The notes beneath the pieces are model-generated. The model did no database searches and was not told the DNA's origin. It saw only the letters and a program-made list of their open reading frames with translations. The position numbers were made by a program, and so were the translations under genes. Below, in pieces: positions 8,469-17,614 of a stretch of DNA of 64,000 nucleotides (positions within the stretch are counted from its first letter, which is position 1; each line of letters starts with the position of its first letter). The stretch is from NCBI GenBank assembly GCA_045652065.1, contig JAZRTO010000047.1:2352-66351 (forward strand), written 5' to 3'. This stretch comes from Acutalibacteraceae bacterium. GTDB lineage: Bacteria > Bacillota > Clostridia > Oscillospirales > Acutalibacteraceae.

Positions 8469-9788
8469 ATGGGTTCTTATCTTCTCGGAATACACACTCC
8501 CCACAGAAAAGGCACAAAAGACAATCCGGTTGTCCGTATTGACAATCCGCAGATTGTCACCATCCCGATGGCAATGCATATCGGAAAACCTGCAATTCCT
8601 GTTGTAAAAGCAGGAGATGTAGTTAAAATCGGTACAAAAATCGGTGAAGCTGACGGTAAGGTTTCATCTGATATCTATTCAAGTATATCCGGTAAGGTGG
8701 TAAAGCTTGTTGAACATCTTCTGTATACAGGTAAAACCACCACAGCGGTTGTTATTGAAGCTGACGGAGAAAATACAGTTGACGAAGCTGTTAAGCCTCC
8801 CGTTATCAATAACCGTGAAGAATTTATTGAAGCTGTGAAGCTGAGCGGTATTGTAGGCCTCGGCGGAGCAGGCTTTCCCACACATGTAAAAATTGATGTT
8901 CCCTCTGAAAAGATTGAATATCTTATTATAAACGGTGCTGAATGTGAGCCTTATGTTACAAGCGATACGGTAAATATGCTTACCCGTGCAGATGATATGG
9001 CTGAAGCGCTTAATGCTCTTAACCGTTATCTCGGTGTAAAGAAGGTTATTATCGGTGTTGAAAGGAACAATAAAAAAGCAGTTACCGCAATGACTGAGCT
9101 GGCATCATCCATTAAAGACTTTGATGTGAAGGTCAATGTTCTTCCCGATAAGTATCCCCAGGGCGGCGAAAAGGTTCTTGTGTACCATACAACAGGACGC
9201 AAAATTTCCGCAAATAAGTTACCCATTGATGTTGGCTGTATAGTTCTTAACAGCACAACAGTTGCAGAAATCGGAGCTTACCTTCGTACCGGTATGCCTC
9301 TGGTGCAGAAGTGTGTAACCGTGGAAGGCGGTGCAGTAGCAAAGCCTCAGAATGTAATTGCTCCTATCGGTACACCTCTTAGTGTTATATTTGATTTCTG
9401 CGGCGGGCTTAAGGAAGATCCTGCAAAAATCATTTACGGCGGTCCTATGATGGGAATTACCGTTCCTAATGCAGATGTCCCCGTTCTTAAGAACACCAAT
9501 GCAGTTCTTGCTCTTACAAAAAAAGAAGCAAAGCTGCCTAAAACAACTGCTTGTATCCGTTGCGGTGCTTGTGTAAACACTTGCCCCTTCAGTCTTTCTC
9601 CCGTAAGTATTGCAGAAGCTTATTCGAAGGAAGATACCGATACATTGAAAGAGCTTTCAGTTCAGTCCTGTATGGAGTGCGGCTGCTGTAGCTTTGTCTG
9701 TCCGGCAAACCGTCCTCTTGTACAGATGAACAAGTTATCAAAAAAATTATTAGCTGAAAAAGCTGAAAAGGAGGGAAGCAAATCATGA
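8469..9788 (+). CDS. rnfC: Rnf complex subunit C
   Basis: GLGGAGFPT motif and two 4Fe-4S motifs (CIRCGACVNTCP and CMECGCCSFVCP). It is the first gene of an rnfCDGEAB array. Confidence 0.9.
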   Translation: MGSYLLGIHTPHRKGTKDNPVVRIDNPQIVTIPMAMHIGKPAIPVVKAGDVVKIGTKIGEADGKVSSDIYSSISGKVVKLVEHLLYTGKTTTAVVIEADGENTVDEAVKPPVINNREEFIEAVKLSGIVGLGGAGFPTHVKIDVPSEKIEYLIINGAECEPYVTSDTVNMLTRADDMAEALNALNRYLGVKKVIIGVERNNKKAVTAMTELASSIKDFDVKVNVLPDKYPQGGEKVLVYHTTGRKISANKLPIDVGCIVLNSTTVAEIGAYLRTGMPLVQKCVTVEGGAVAKPQNVIAPIGTPLSVIFDFCGGLKEDPAKIIYGGPMMGITVPNADVPVLKNTNAVLALTKKEAKLPKTTACIRCGACVNTCPFSLSPVSIAEAYSKEDTDTLKELSVQSCMECGCCSFVCPANRPLVQMNKLSKKLLAEKAEKEGSKS

Positions 9789-10702
9789 ATTCTTTAACAA
9801 AGGTAATGATTTCTCCTCACATACACAGCGGGAAATCCACCTCAGGCATAATGAGAGATGTATTGATTTCTTTGTTGCCCGCAGCTGTTGCAGGAACTGT
9901 TATCTTCGGCTTACGTGCATTGTTGGTAATTGCCGTATGTGTTATCTGTTCTGTAGGCTTTGAAGCAATTTTTAATATTATTGTGAAAAAAGACCAGACT
10001 GTCGGTGATTTATCTGCAGCTGTTACGGGCTTGCTGCTGGCTCTTAATCTCCCTGTTGACATTCCGTTATGGCAGTGCGGTGTCGGCTCATTATTTGCAA
10101 TAATTATAGTTAAGTGTCTCTTCGGCGGTATAGGCTTAAATCTTGTAAACCCCGCAATTACGGCACGTGTGTTTATGATTGTTGCCTTCGGTTCAATGGC
10201 AGTACCTTCGTTCCCCGTTGATTCCGTTTCAAGTGCAACTCCTCTTTCTGCCGAAGCAATGCCCTCTTTACTCGATCTGTTCCTCGGTAACCACGGTGGT
10301 GCTATCGGTGAAACCTGTGTTGCTGCTTTACTTCTCGGCGGTATTTATCTTCTTGTTCGCCGTGTTATTTCCTGGCAGATTCCCGTGGTGTTTATTGCTA
10401 CAGTATTTGTATTCTCTCTCTTTATGGAAGGCTTTGATGCTGTCAGCGCATTGTCTCTTCTTATGTCCGGCGGTGTATTTATCGGTGCGATATTTATGGC
10501 AACCGATTATACCACGTCCCCTTACACACCTTGGGGCAAGGTTATTTTCGGTCTCGGTGCCGGTCTTCTTACCTGCCTTATAAGATATTTCGGAACATAT
10601 CCCGAGGGTGTGTCCTTTGCAATTCTGTTTATGAACATTCTTAATCCTTATATCTGCAAGTGGACAAGACGTAAGGTATTTACGGCAGGAGGAGAGAAAT
10701 AA
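9785..10702 (+). CDS. rnfD: Rnf complex subunit D
   Basis: Polytopic membrane protein with flavinylation-type motif DSVSSATPL. Start ATGA overlaps the rnfC stop. Confidence 0.9.
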   Translation: MNSLTKVMISPHIHSGKSTSGIMRDVLISLLPAAVAGTVIFGLRALLVIAVCVICSVGFEAIFNIIVKKDQTVGDLSAAVTGLLLALNLPVDIPLWQCGVGSLFAIIIVKCLFGGIGLNLVNPAITARVFMIVAFGSMAVPSFPVDSVSSATPLSAEAMPSLLDLFLGNHGGAIGETCVAALLLGGIYLLVRRVISWQIPVVFIATVFVFSLFMEGFDAVSALSLLMSGGVFIGAIFMATDYTTSPYTPWGKVIFGLGAGLLTCLIRYFGTYPEGVSFAILFMNILNPYICKWTRRKVFTAGGEK

Positions 10703-11877
10703 TGAAAAAGAACATAAAAAATCTTGCTGTATTTGTATGTATCTGTACGGTTATAACCTTACTGCTTGCAATTACAAACTCTGTTACTGCTCCCGTTATT
10801 GATAAAAATCAGAATGCTGCTGCTAATGCTGCACTTCTTGAGGTTATGCCCGAGGGTAAAGGCTTTGAGGTTGCAGATATTGCTGAGCTTACTTTACCCG
10901 GTACGGTAACTGAGGTTCACAAGGAAACATCAGGGCTCGGCTATGTTGTAAAGCTTATAACTGCAGGTTACGGCACTGACTTTGTTATTATGTGCGGTGT
11001 AACTTCTGACGGTGTTGTAAGTGGTGCTGTTTGCCTTTCATCAAATGAAACTCTCAGCAAAGAAAAAACTTATGGTGAAAACTTCAAGGATAAGGATGCG
11101 GCAGGTGTTGATGCTGTTGACATTATCGCAGGGGCAACAAAGACTACCGAAGCATATAAAAATGCTGTTAAGGACGCTCTTAATACAGCTGTAATACTCG
11201 GTGGCGGCTCTGTTGATATCCGTACAGAAGAAGAAATTCTCAATGATAATCTTAATGCAGCGTTCCCCGACGGTGAAAATGCTTTCGAAAAGCTGTTTAT
11301 GGTTGAACTGGTTGAAGGTGCCGATGCTGTTTATGAGGCTGTAAATAAGAAGGGCTATGTTTTTGTTTCAGGTGAACAGTTTATCGGTGTCAATGCAGAC
11401 GGAACTGTTGTTACAGAAGGTGTTGAAGACGCTGGACTTTATACCGATGCTGTTGCTGCTATCAAGGCAAGCACAGTTGAGGATATTGATATCAGTGCAT
11501 ACACGGATCTTGAAAAGACAGTTGTTTCCGCAAAGAAGACTGCAAGCGGCAACTTTATTCTTGAAACAAAGGGCGCAGGCTACGGCATCAAGGGCGGAGA
11601 CGAATATCATCCCGCTTCTAATGAATATATCATTGTACGCGTTGCCATTACACCCGATTTCAGAATAATTGACTGTCTTACTGTTTCCGAGGCTGAAACC
11701 GACGGCTTGGGTGATGCATGTGCAGACGAAAGCTTCTACGGACAATTTGTCGGTAAGACAGAAGAAAACTATAAAGAAATTGATGCCATAAGCGGAGCAA
11801 CATTAACCACAAACGGTTATACTCAGGCTATAGAGCGCGCATTCAATGCAGTAAAAACAATGAACGGAGGTGCCTGA
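10702..11877 (+). CDS. rnfG: Rnf complex subunit G, double-length with two FMN_bind domains
   Basis: N-terminal TM anchor and two FMN_bind-like modules ending in VDIIAGATKTT and IDAISGATLTT. The length is 391 aa. Confidence 0.85.
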   Translation: MKKNIKNLAVFVCICTVITLLLAITNSVTAPVIDKNQNAAANAALLEVMPEGKGFEVADIAELTLPGTVTEVHKETSGLGYVVKLITAGYGTDFVIMCGVTSDGVVSGAVCLSSNETLSKEKTYGENFKDKDAAGVDAVDIIAGATKTTEAYKNAVKDALNTAVILGGGSVDIRTEEEILNDNLNAAFPDGENAFEKLFMVELVEGADAVYEAVNKKGYVFVSGEQFIGVNADGTVVTEGVEDAGLYTDAVAAIKASTVEDIDISAYTDLEKTVVSAKKTASGNFILETKGAGYGIKGGDEYHPASNEYIIVRVAITPDFRIIDCLTVSEAETDGLGDACADESFYGQFVGKTEENYKEIDAISGATLTTNGYTQAIERAFNAVKTMNGGA

Positions 11878-11879
11878 TA

Positions 11880-12569
11880 ATGAAAGAAAAATCTTCAGCT
11901 TCAGTTTTGCTTAACGGTATACTGAAGGAAAATCCTGTTCTGGTGCTGATACTGGGCACCTGTCCCACTCTTGCAACCACAACAACAGTCAAGGGTGCAT
12001 TCGGTATGGGTCTTGCTGCAATGGCTGTTCTTATCTGCTCCAATGTGTTTATATCAGTGTTACGCAGGAAAATTCCCGAATCAATGAGAATTCCCTGTTA
12101 TATCGTTATCATTGCTGGCTTTGTTACCATTGTTAAGATGATTGTTCAGGCATATCTTCCGGAATTATATGAAACTCTCGGCGTTTATCTTGACCTTATT
12201 ACGGTTAACTGTATAATTCTCGGCCGTGCTGAAATGTTTGCAAACAAGAATCCCGTTGTAGCTTCTGCTCTTGACGGAATCGGAATGGGTCTCGGATTTA
12301 CACTTGCTCTCACATTGATGTCTGTAATCCGTGAGGTTTTCGGAGCTGCTTCATTTGCAGGAATTGAGATTCCTTTCCTTCAGAATTATAAAATTGAGTT
12401 CTTCACAAAGGCTCCCGGCGGACTTCTTGTTTACGGTCTGCTTATTGCTCTGATTTATTTCGTTACTCACGGAAAAGCACCTCTTAAAAAGTCTTTCTCC
12501 TGTGAGGGCTGTCCCAATGCAGACTCATGCCACAGCGAAAACTGTTCAAAGAAAGGAGATGAGAACTGA
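11880..12569 (+). CDS. rnfE: Rnf complex subunit E
   Basis: NPVLVLILGTCPTLATTT motif in a polytopic membrane protein, in conserved operon position. Confidence 0.9.
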   Translation: MKEKSSASVLLNGILKENPVLVLILGTCPTLATTTTVKGAFGMGLAAMAVLICSNVFISVLRRKIPESMRIPCYIVIIAGFVTIVKMIVQAYLPELYETLGVYLDLITVNCIILGRAEMFANKNPVVASALDGIGMGLGFTLALTLMSVIREVFGAASFAGIEIPFLQNYKIEFFTKAPGGLLVYGLLIALIYFVTHGKAPLKKSFSCEGCPNADSCHSENCSKKGDEN

Positions 12570-13168
12570 TGGAAAGCTTCAAGATTTTAATCGTAATACT
12601 TCTTTCGTCCGTTTTTGTGGATAACTATGTTCTCAGCAGATTCTTAGGTATCTGTCCTTTCCTCGGTGTTTCCAAGAAGATTGATCAGGCAGTAGGAATG
12701 GGTGTTGCCGTAACCGTGGTTATGCTTCTTGCAACAGCTGCAACCTGGCCCATTCAGTATTATGTGCTTAACACGCTGAATCTCGGCTATCTGCAGAATA
12801 TTGCATTTATTCTTATAATTGCAACTCTTGTTCAGATACTTGAACTGCTGCTTAAAAAGTTTTCTCCTTCTCTTTATAAGGGCCTTGGTGTTTACCTGCC
12901 ACTTATAACGACAAACTGTGCTGTTCTTGGAGTTACAATTAACAACATAATTGACGGATACAGCTTTATTGAATCAATGGTAAGCTCCCTCGGCTGCGGT
13001 CTCGGCTTCCTTCTTGCAATGGTTCTCTTCTCGGGACTCCGTTCAAAAATTGACGATACAAAGGTGCCTGCCCCCTTCAGAGGACTTGCTGTAACTCTCA
13101 TTGCCGCTTCGTTTATTTCCCTTGCATTTATGGGCTTCGGCGGCATTGTAGAAAGTATTTTTGCTTGA
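12569..13168 (+). CDS. rnfA: Rnf complex subunit A
   Basis: FLGICPFLGVS motif in a six-helix membrane protein. Start ATG overlaps the rnfE stop codon by one base (TGATG). Confidence 0.9.
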   Translation: MESFKILIVILLSSVFVDNYVLSRFLGICPFLGVSKKIDQAVGMGVAVTVVMLLATAATWPIQYYVLNTLNLGYLQNIAFILIIATLVQILELLLKKFSPSLYKGLGVYLPLITTNCAVLGVTINNIIDGYSFIESMVSSLGCGLGFLLAMVLFSGLRSKIDDTKVPAPFRGLAVTLIAASFISLAFMGFGGIVESIFA

Positions 13169-13184
13169 TGAGAGGTGCCTGACT

Positions 13185-14018
13185 ATGGATATATTAATTG
13201 CGTTTCTTGTTATGACAGGGGTTGCCCTTACGGCAGGTATTCTCATTACTGTTTTTTCTCACTTTTTCTCTGTTCCGGAAAATCCGTTGAAGGCTGAAAT
13301 CCGCGAATGTCTTCCGGGTATTAACTGCGGTGCTTGCGGATATAAGGGCTGTGATGATTATGCTGAGGCTCTTGCAGAGGGTGGAGTTGCTCCTAACCTC
13401 TGTATTCCCGGTGCACAGAGTGTTGCTGATACAATCGGAGGTATTCTCGGTATTGAAGCAGAGCCCTTCAAGGATGTTGTTGCATTTGTTTCATGTAACG
13501 GAAATTGTGATGCAACCTTCAATACTGCTGAATACGACGGTGTAAAGACTTGCTATGCAGCTTCTATGATATACGGAGGTACAAATTCCTGCCGATTCGG
13601 CTGTCTCGGCTTTGGCGACTGCGCGAATGCGTGTCCTGCTGATGCTATCTGTATTGCAGACGGCATTGCACATATTAATACTTCACGTTGCCTCGGTTGC
13701 GGACTTTGTGCAAATACATGTCCCAAGAAGATAATCAATATGATTTCTCAGGAAACTAAAACAGTTGTGATGTGTAGCAATAAGCAGAAGGGTGCCGATG
13801 CTAAAAAGGCTTGCGAAAATGCCTGTATCAGCTGCAAAAAGTGTGAAAAGACCTGTCCTCACGGTGCAATAACCGTAAAGGAAAACCTTGCCGGTATTGA
13901 TTATGACAAATGTACAAACTGTGGTGCCTGTGTGAAGGTATGTCCTACCGGTTGTCTCAAATCGGTATTTTTACCCGATATTCCCGATGATGTAAGTGCA
14001 GAAGATCTGCTTGACTGA
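13185..14018 (+). CDS. rnfB: Rnf complex subunit B (polyferredoxin)
   Basis: N-terminal TM helix, the CGACGYKGC motif, and several CxxCxxCxxxCP clusters. The ATG at 13185 follows GAGAGG. Confidence 0.9.
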   Translation: MDILIAFLVMTGVALTAGILITVFSHFFSVPENPLKAEIRECLPGINCGACGYKGCDDYAEALAEGGVAPNLCIPGAQSVADTIGGILGIEAEPFKDVVAFVSCNGNCDATFNTAEYDGVKTCYAASMIYGGTNSCRFGCLGFGDCANACPADAICIADGIAHINTSRCLGCGLCANTCPKKIINMISQETKTVVMCSNKQKGADAKKACENACISCKKCEKTCPHGAITVKENLAGIDYDKCTNCGACVKVCPTGCLKSVFLPDIPDDVSAEDLLD

Positions 14019-14019
14019 T

Positions 14020-14418
14020 ATGGACAATAATGAAAATACAAAAAAGCACAGTATCAGAAATGATGTGATACTGATAGGTTGTATTCTGCTTGCAGCGGCG
14101 GTGGGAATTATTTATCTGAATTTCTTCCGCAGTCCCGGTGATATGGTGACTGTTACTGTTGACGGAGAGAATTACGGCAGCTTCTCCTTGGCTGAGAATA
14201 TTTGTGAGGATATTTATTCCGTCGAAAACGAAGAGAAGCATAACCGTTTTATAATCAGCGACGGAAAAGCATATATGGAAAAAGCCTCATGTCCGGACGG
14301 AATCTGTGTTGATCACAAGCCTGTTTTCCGTGACGGTGAGAGTATTGTTTGCCTTCCGAACCGTGTAGTCATAACGGTTGTTGACGGTAGCACAGACAGT
14401 CCTGATATCATAATATAG
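14020..14418 (+). CDS. NusG domain II-containing membrane-anchored protein
   Basis: Single TM helix followed by CPDGICVDHKP...IVCLPNRVVI, typical of the NusG_II (formerly DUF1312) family. It starts 1 nt after the rnfB stop. Confidence 0.7.
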   Translation: MDNNENTKKHSIRNDVILIGCILLAAAVGIIYLNFFRSPGDMVTVTVDGENYGSFSLAENICEDIYSVENEEKHNRFIISDGKAYMEKASCPDGICVDHKPVFRDGESIVCLPNRVVITVVDGSTDSPDIII

Positions 14419-14428
14419 GAGGTTTGCC

Positions 14429-14929
14429 TTGAAAACCAAATCTAAAACAGTGGCTTTTGCAGGTATATGTGTTGCTCTGGCTCTCATATTTGCCTATATA
14501 GAGGTATTGATCCCTCCCTTGTTTACGGCGCTTCCCGGAATAAAAATGGGCCTTCCGAATATTATCATAGTTTTTCTTCTTTACAGAAAGGGTCCCGTGT
14601 TTGCAGGAATTGTTTCTCTTGTGAGAATACTTCTTGTAAGTATGCTGTTCGGAAATATGATGGCACTTATGTACAGTCTTGCAGGCGGTGTGCTCAGCCT
14701 TCTTGTTATGATAATTCTTCGCAAGCTGAATATTTTATCTCCCGTGGGAGTCAGTGTTGCAGGCGGTGTTACCCATAATGTGGGACAAATTGTTATGGCG
14801 GCGCTTCTTCTTGATACAGCAGAGCTCGGGTACTATCTTGTAGTTCTGGCTGTTACGGGAACAATTGCCGGTGTATTCATCGGTCTTTGCGGATCGTTCC
14901 TTATAAAACGAATTCCGAATAAAATATGA
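14429..14929 (+). CDS. Gx transporter family protein (Hpre_diP_synt_I family)
   Basis: Small five- or six-helix membrane protein. The TTG start lies 6 nt after GGAGG. It commonly pairs with NusG_II proteins. Confidence 0.7.
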   Translation: MKTKSKTVAFAGICVALALIFAYIEVLIPPLFTALPGIKMGLPNIIIVFLLYRKGPVFAGIVSLVRILLVSMLFGNMMALMYSLAGGVLSLLVMIILRKLNILSPVGVSVAGGVTHNVGQIVMAALLLDTAELGYYLVVLAVTGTIAGVFIGLCGSFLIKRIPNKI

Positions 14930-14945
14930 ATTTTTTTAATATGTG

Positions 14946-14974
14946 TTGACAAAAATATTAATATATTGTAATAT
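14946..14974 (+). promoter_or_regulatory. Sigma-A type promoter for the lipoprotein gene
   Basis: TTGACA at 14946-14951, a 17-nt spacer ending in TG, and TAATAT at 14969-14974. Confidence 0.5.
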
Positions 14975-15011
14975 ATCCGGGATTACTAATAAAAAACGGA
15001 GGAAATTTTCA

Positions 15012-16064
15012 ATGAAAAAGGCTTTAGTAATTGCGTTATGTCTCATTATGGCTGTTTCCGTAATTTTTGTTGGTTGCGGTAACACAACAGGTACAGAAAC
15101 AACAACTCCCGATGCAACAGCTGAAACAACAGCTGAAGCAACAAGCGAAAAGACAGAAGCTGGTGCAGCACTTAAGTTCGGCTCAGGTGTATATGTTACA
15201 GCTCCCGCTACAACAGATGCTACTGAAGACAAGGACGGCACAGGTAAGGTTGACATTACTTTTGCAGCTGTTACAGTTGATGCAGACGGCAAAATAGTTG
15301 CATGTGCTCTTGACACAGCAAGCAACACTGTTAATTTCACTGCTGACGGTAAGGCAGTTGCAGTTGAAGAGTTCAAGACAAAGTACGAATTAGGTAATGA
15401 CTACAATATGGTAGCTTACGGCGGTGCAGTAAAGGAATGGTTTGAGCAGGCTGATGCTTTCGAAGCACTCGTTGCCGGCAAGACTCTTGACGAAGTTAAG
15501 GCTTTAGTTGCTGAAGGCGACAAGGGTACTGACGAAGTTATCGAGGCAGGCTGCACAATTATGATTGCTGAATTTGTAGGCGCTATTGAAAAGGCTTACA
15601 ATGCTGCTGCAGAATCCGACGTTACAGCTGCTGATACATTAAAGGTAACAGCTGCTACTGAACAGACATGTACAGATGCAACTGAAGACAAGGATGGCTC
15701 AAACAAGGTTTCAACTACTGTTTTCGCTGCTGCTGTTAATGCAGAAGGCAAGGTAGTAGCATGTGCAAGTGATTGTGTAGAAGTTACCTTCACATTCACA
15801 ACTGCAGGTGCATCCACTCTTGATACAACAAAGGAAGTTATTTCAAAGAAGGAACAGGGCAGTGACTACGGCATGGTAGCTTACGGCGGCGCTGAAAAGG
15901 AATGGTTCGAGCAGGCTGCTGCATTTGATGCTGCTTGTATCGGCAAGACTGCAAAGGAAATTGCAGGCTTCGTTGCTGAAGACGGTAAGGCTGTTGCTGA
16001 TATCCAGGCTGCAGGCTGCACAATCTTTGTAACAGGCTTTGTTAAGGCTGCTTCCAAAATCTGA
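15012..16064 (+). CDS. Lipoprotein with two tandem divergent FMN_bind-like repeats
   Basis: Lipobox VIFVGC. There are two repeats of about 150 aa that share DATEDKDG..K..., MVAYGGAxKEWFEQAxAF and AGCTI motifs. The pattern parallels FMN_bind (G-Y...vtv.dGKI...vD.vSGATxT...A..kA). Cellular function not established. Confidence 0.6.
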   Translation: MKKALVIALCLIMAVSVIFVGCGNTTGTETTTPDATAETTAEATSEKTEAGAALKFGSGVYVTAPATTDATEDKDGTGKVDITFAAVTVDADGKIVACALDTASNTVNFTADGKAVAVEEFKTKYELGNDYNMVAYGGAVKEWFEQADAFEALVAGKTLDEVKALVAEGDKGTDEVIEAGCTIMIAEFVGAIEKAYNAAAESDVTAADTLKVTAATEQTCTDATEDKDGSNKVSTTVFAAAVNAEGKVVACASDCVEVTFTFTTAGASTLDTTKEVISKKEQGSDYGMVAYGGAEKEWFEQAAAFDAACIGKTAKEIAGFVAEDGKAVADIQAAGCTIFVTGFVKAASKI

Positions 16065-16084
16065 GTAAAATCAACAAATTAAAA

Positions 16085-16116
16085 AAGAGAGAGAGTGTTC
16101 TCTCTCTTTTTGTTTT
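16085..16116 (+). terminator. Rho-independent terminator
   Basis: 9-bp stem AGAGAGAGA/TCTCTCTCT with loop GTGT, followed by TTTTTGTTTT. Confidence 0.6.
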
Positions 16117-16126
16117 ATGGAATATT

Positions 16127-17167
16127 ATGAAAAAAAGAATTCTTAGTATTGCACTTATTTTACTTATTCTTATAAGTGCGGCTTCCTGCTCCCGTACTCC
16201 CGAAAAAAGTAAATATTCAACCTATTCTATGGAGTATTTTGATACCGTTACTACGATAACGGGCTATGAATATACTCAGGAAGAATTCGATGATGTAGCG
16301 GAAGAAATACTGACTATGCTTGGTGAGTATCATCGACTGTATTCAATCTATCACCGTTTCGACGGACTGGAAAATCTCTGCACAATCAATGAGCTTGTTG
16401 GCGGAGAGCACCGTACGGTAACAGTTGACCGCCGTATTATTGATATGCTTCTTTATGCGAAGGAAATGTATTACAAAACTGACGGTATTATGAATATTGC
16501 AATGGGAAGTGTTTTGTCTTTATGGCATGATTACCGTAATGTAGGTAAAGATAATCCCGCGGAGGCTTCTTTACCGCCAATGGAAAAGCTCAGGGAAGCA
16601 GCAAGCCATTGCGATATTGAAAAAGTGGTTATAGATGAAATCAATAACACTGTTACATTGACAGATCCCCTAATGAAGCTTGATGTTGGTGCTATTGCTA
16701 AAGGATATGCTGTTGAATGTGCAGCACGTGTCCTTCAGGAAAAGGGAGTTACCGGATATGTGCTGAACGTAGGCGGAAATGTCCGTACTGTAGGCTCCAG
16801 AGGTGATGGTACCCCGTGGTCGGTTGGTATTGAAAATCCCGAGAGCAATGATTATTTTGCTTATCTTGACCTTAACGGACAGTCGGTTGTTACAAGCGGC
16901 TCATATCAGCGGTATTATTATGTTGACGGAAAACCCTATCATCATATAATTCATCCTGATACACTTATGCCTGCAGAGGGATTTTTATCTGTTTCTGTAG
17001 TGTGTAATGATTCAGGCCTTGCCGATGCGCTTTCTACCGCTCTTTTCTGTTTGTCTCAGGAGGAAGGCTCTGTGCTTATTGAATCCTTTGACGATGCCGA
17101 GGCGATGTGGGTTACCCAAGACGGAAATAAAACATTTTCATCGGGCTGGAATAAATATGCAAAGTAA
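16127..17167 (+). CDS. apbE: FAD:protein FMN transferase (ApbE family) lipoprotein
   Basis: Lipobox ISAASC and ApbE-type motifs (DVGAIAKGYA, NVGGNV, VVTSGSYQRY, HHIIHP). Confidence 0.85.
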   Translation: MKKRILSIALILLILISAASCSRTPEKSKYSTYSMEYFDTVTTITGYEYTQEEFDDVAEEILTMLGEYHRLYSIYHRFDGLENLCTINELVGGEHRTVTVDRRIIDMLLYAKEMYYKTDGIMNIAMGSVLSLWHDYRNVGKDNPAEASLPPMEKLREAASHCDIEKVVIDEINNTVTLTDPLMKLDVGAIAKGYAVECAARVLQEKGVTGYVLNVGGNVRTVGSRGDGTPWSVGIENPESNDYFAYLDLNGQSVVTSGSYQRYYYVDGKPYHHIIHPDTLMPAEGFLSVSVVCNDSGLADALSTALFCLSQEEGSVLIESFDDAEAMWVTQDGNKTFSSGWNKYAK

Positions 17168-17182
17168 GGACGGTGCAGAAGT

Positions 17183-17560
17183 ATGTTGGAAAATTTTGTA
17201 ACACAATATAAAGAGTTTTTGTTTCCCTTTGCGGAAATTACTGCAAGTACTCTGGAGCTTATCGGAATTGTCATTATTTTCATAGGTTCTTGCCGTGCTC
17301 TTGTCCGGCTGGTGCAGTGTTTTGCGAAAAAACAGCCTTTTCATGTTGTGGTGGATCTGGGAAAAGCATTGTCCCTTGCCCTGGAATTCAAAATGGGTGC
17401 CGAGATAATCAAAACCGTTGTCATTCATAACCTTGAAGAGCTTGCAATATTAGGTGTTGTAATTATAATCCGTGCATTGCTTGCAGTTATTATTCATTGG
17501 GAAATCCGTGTTGAGGAAAAAAGCAGCTCCTTGAAAAAAGATGCAGATGAGAATAAATAA
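17183..17560 (+). CDS. DUF1622 membrane protein
   Basis: LSLALEFKMGAEIIKT motif and three hydrophobic helices. Confidence 0.6.
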   Translation: MLENFVTQYKEFLFPFAEITASTLELIGIVIIFIGSCRALVRLVQCFAKKQPFHVVVDLGKALSLALEFKMGAEIIKTVVIHNLEELAILGVVIIIRALLAVIIHWEIRVEEKSSSLKKDADENK

Positions 17561-17567
17561 TAAAAAA

Positions 17568-17614
17568 GAATGCTCCGAATTACGCAAAATACAGCGTAAA
17601 CGGAGCATTTTTTA
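17568..17614 (+). terminator. Rho-independent terminator
   Basis: Long interrupted stem GAATGCTCCG...CGGAGCATT followed by T6. Confidence 0.7.
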
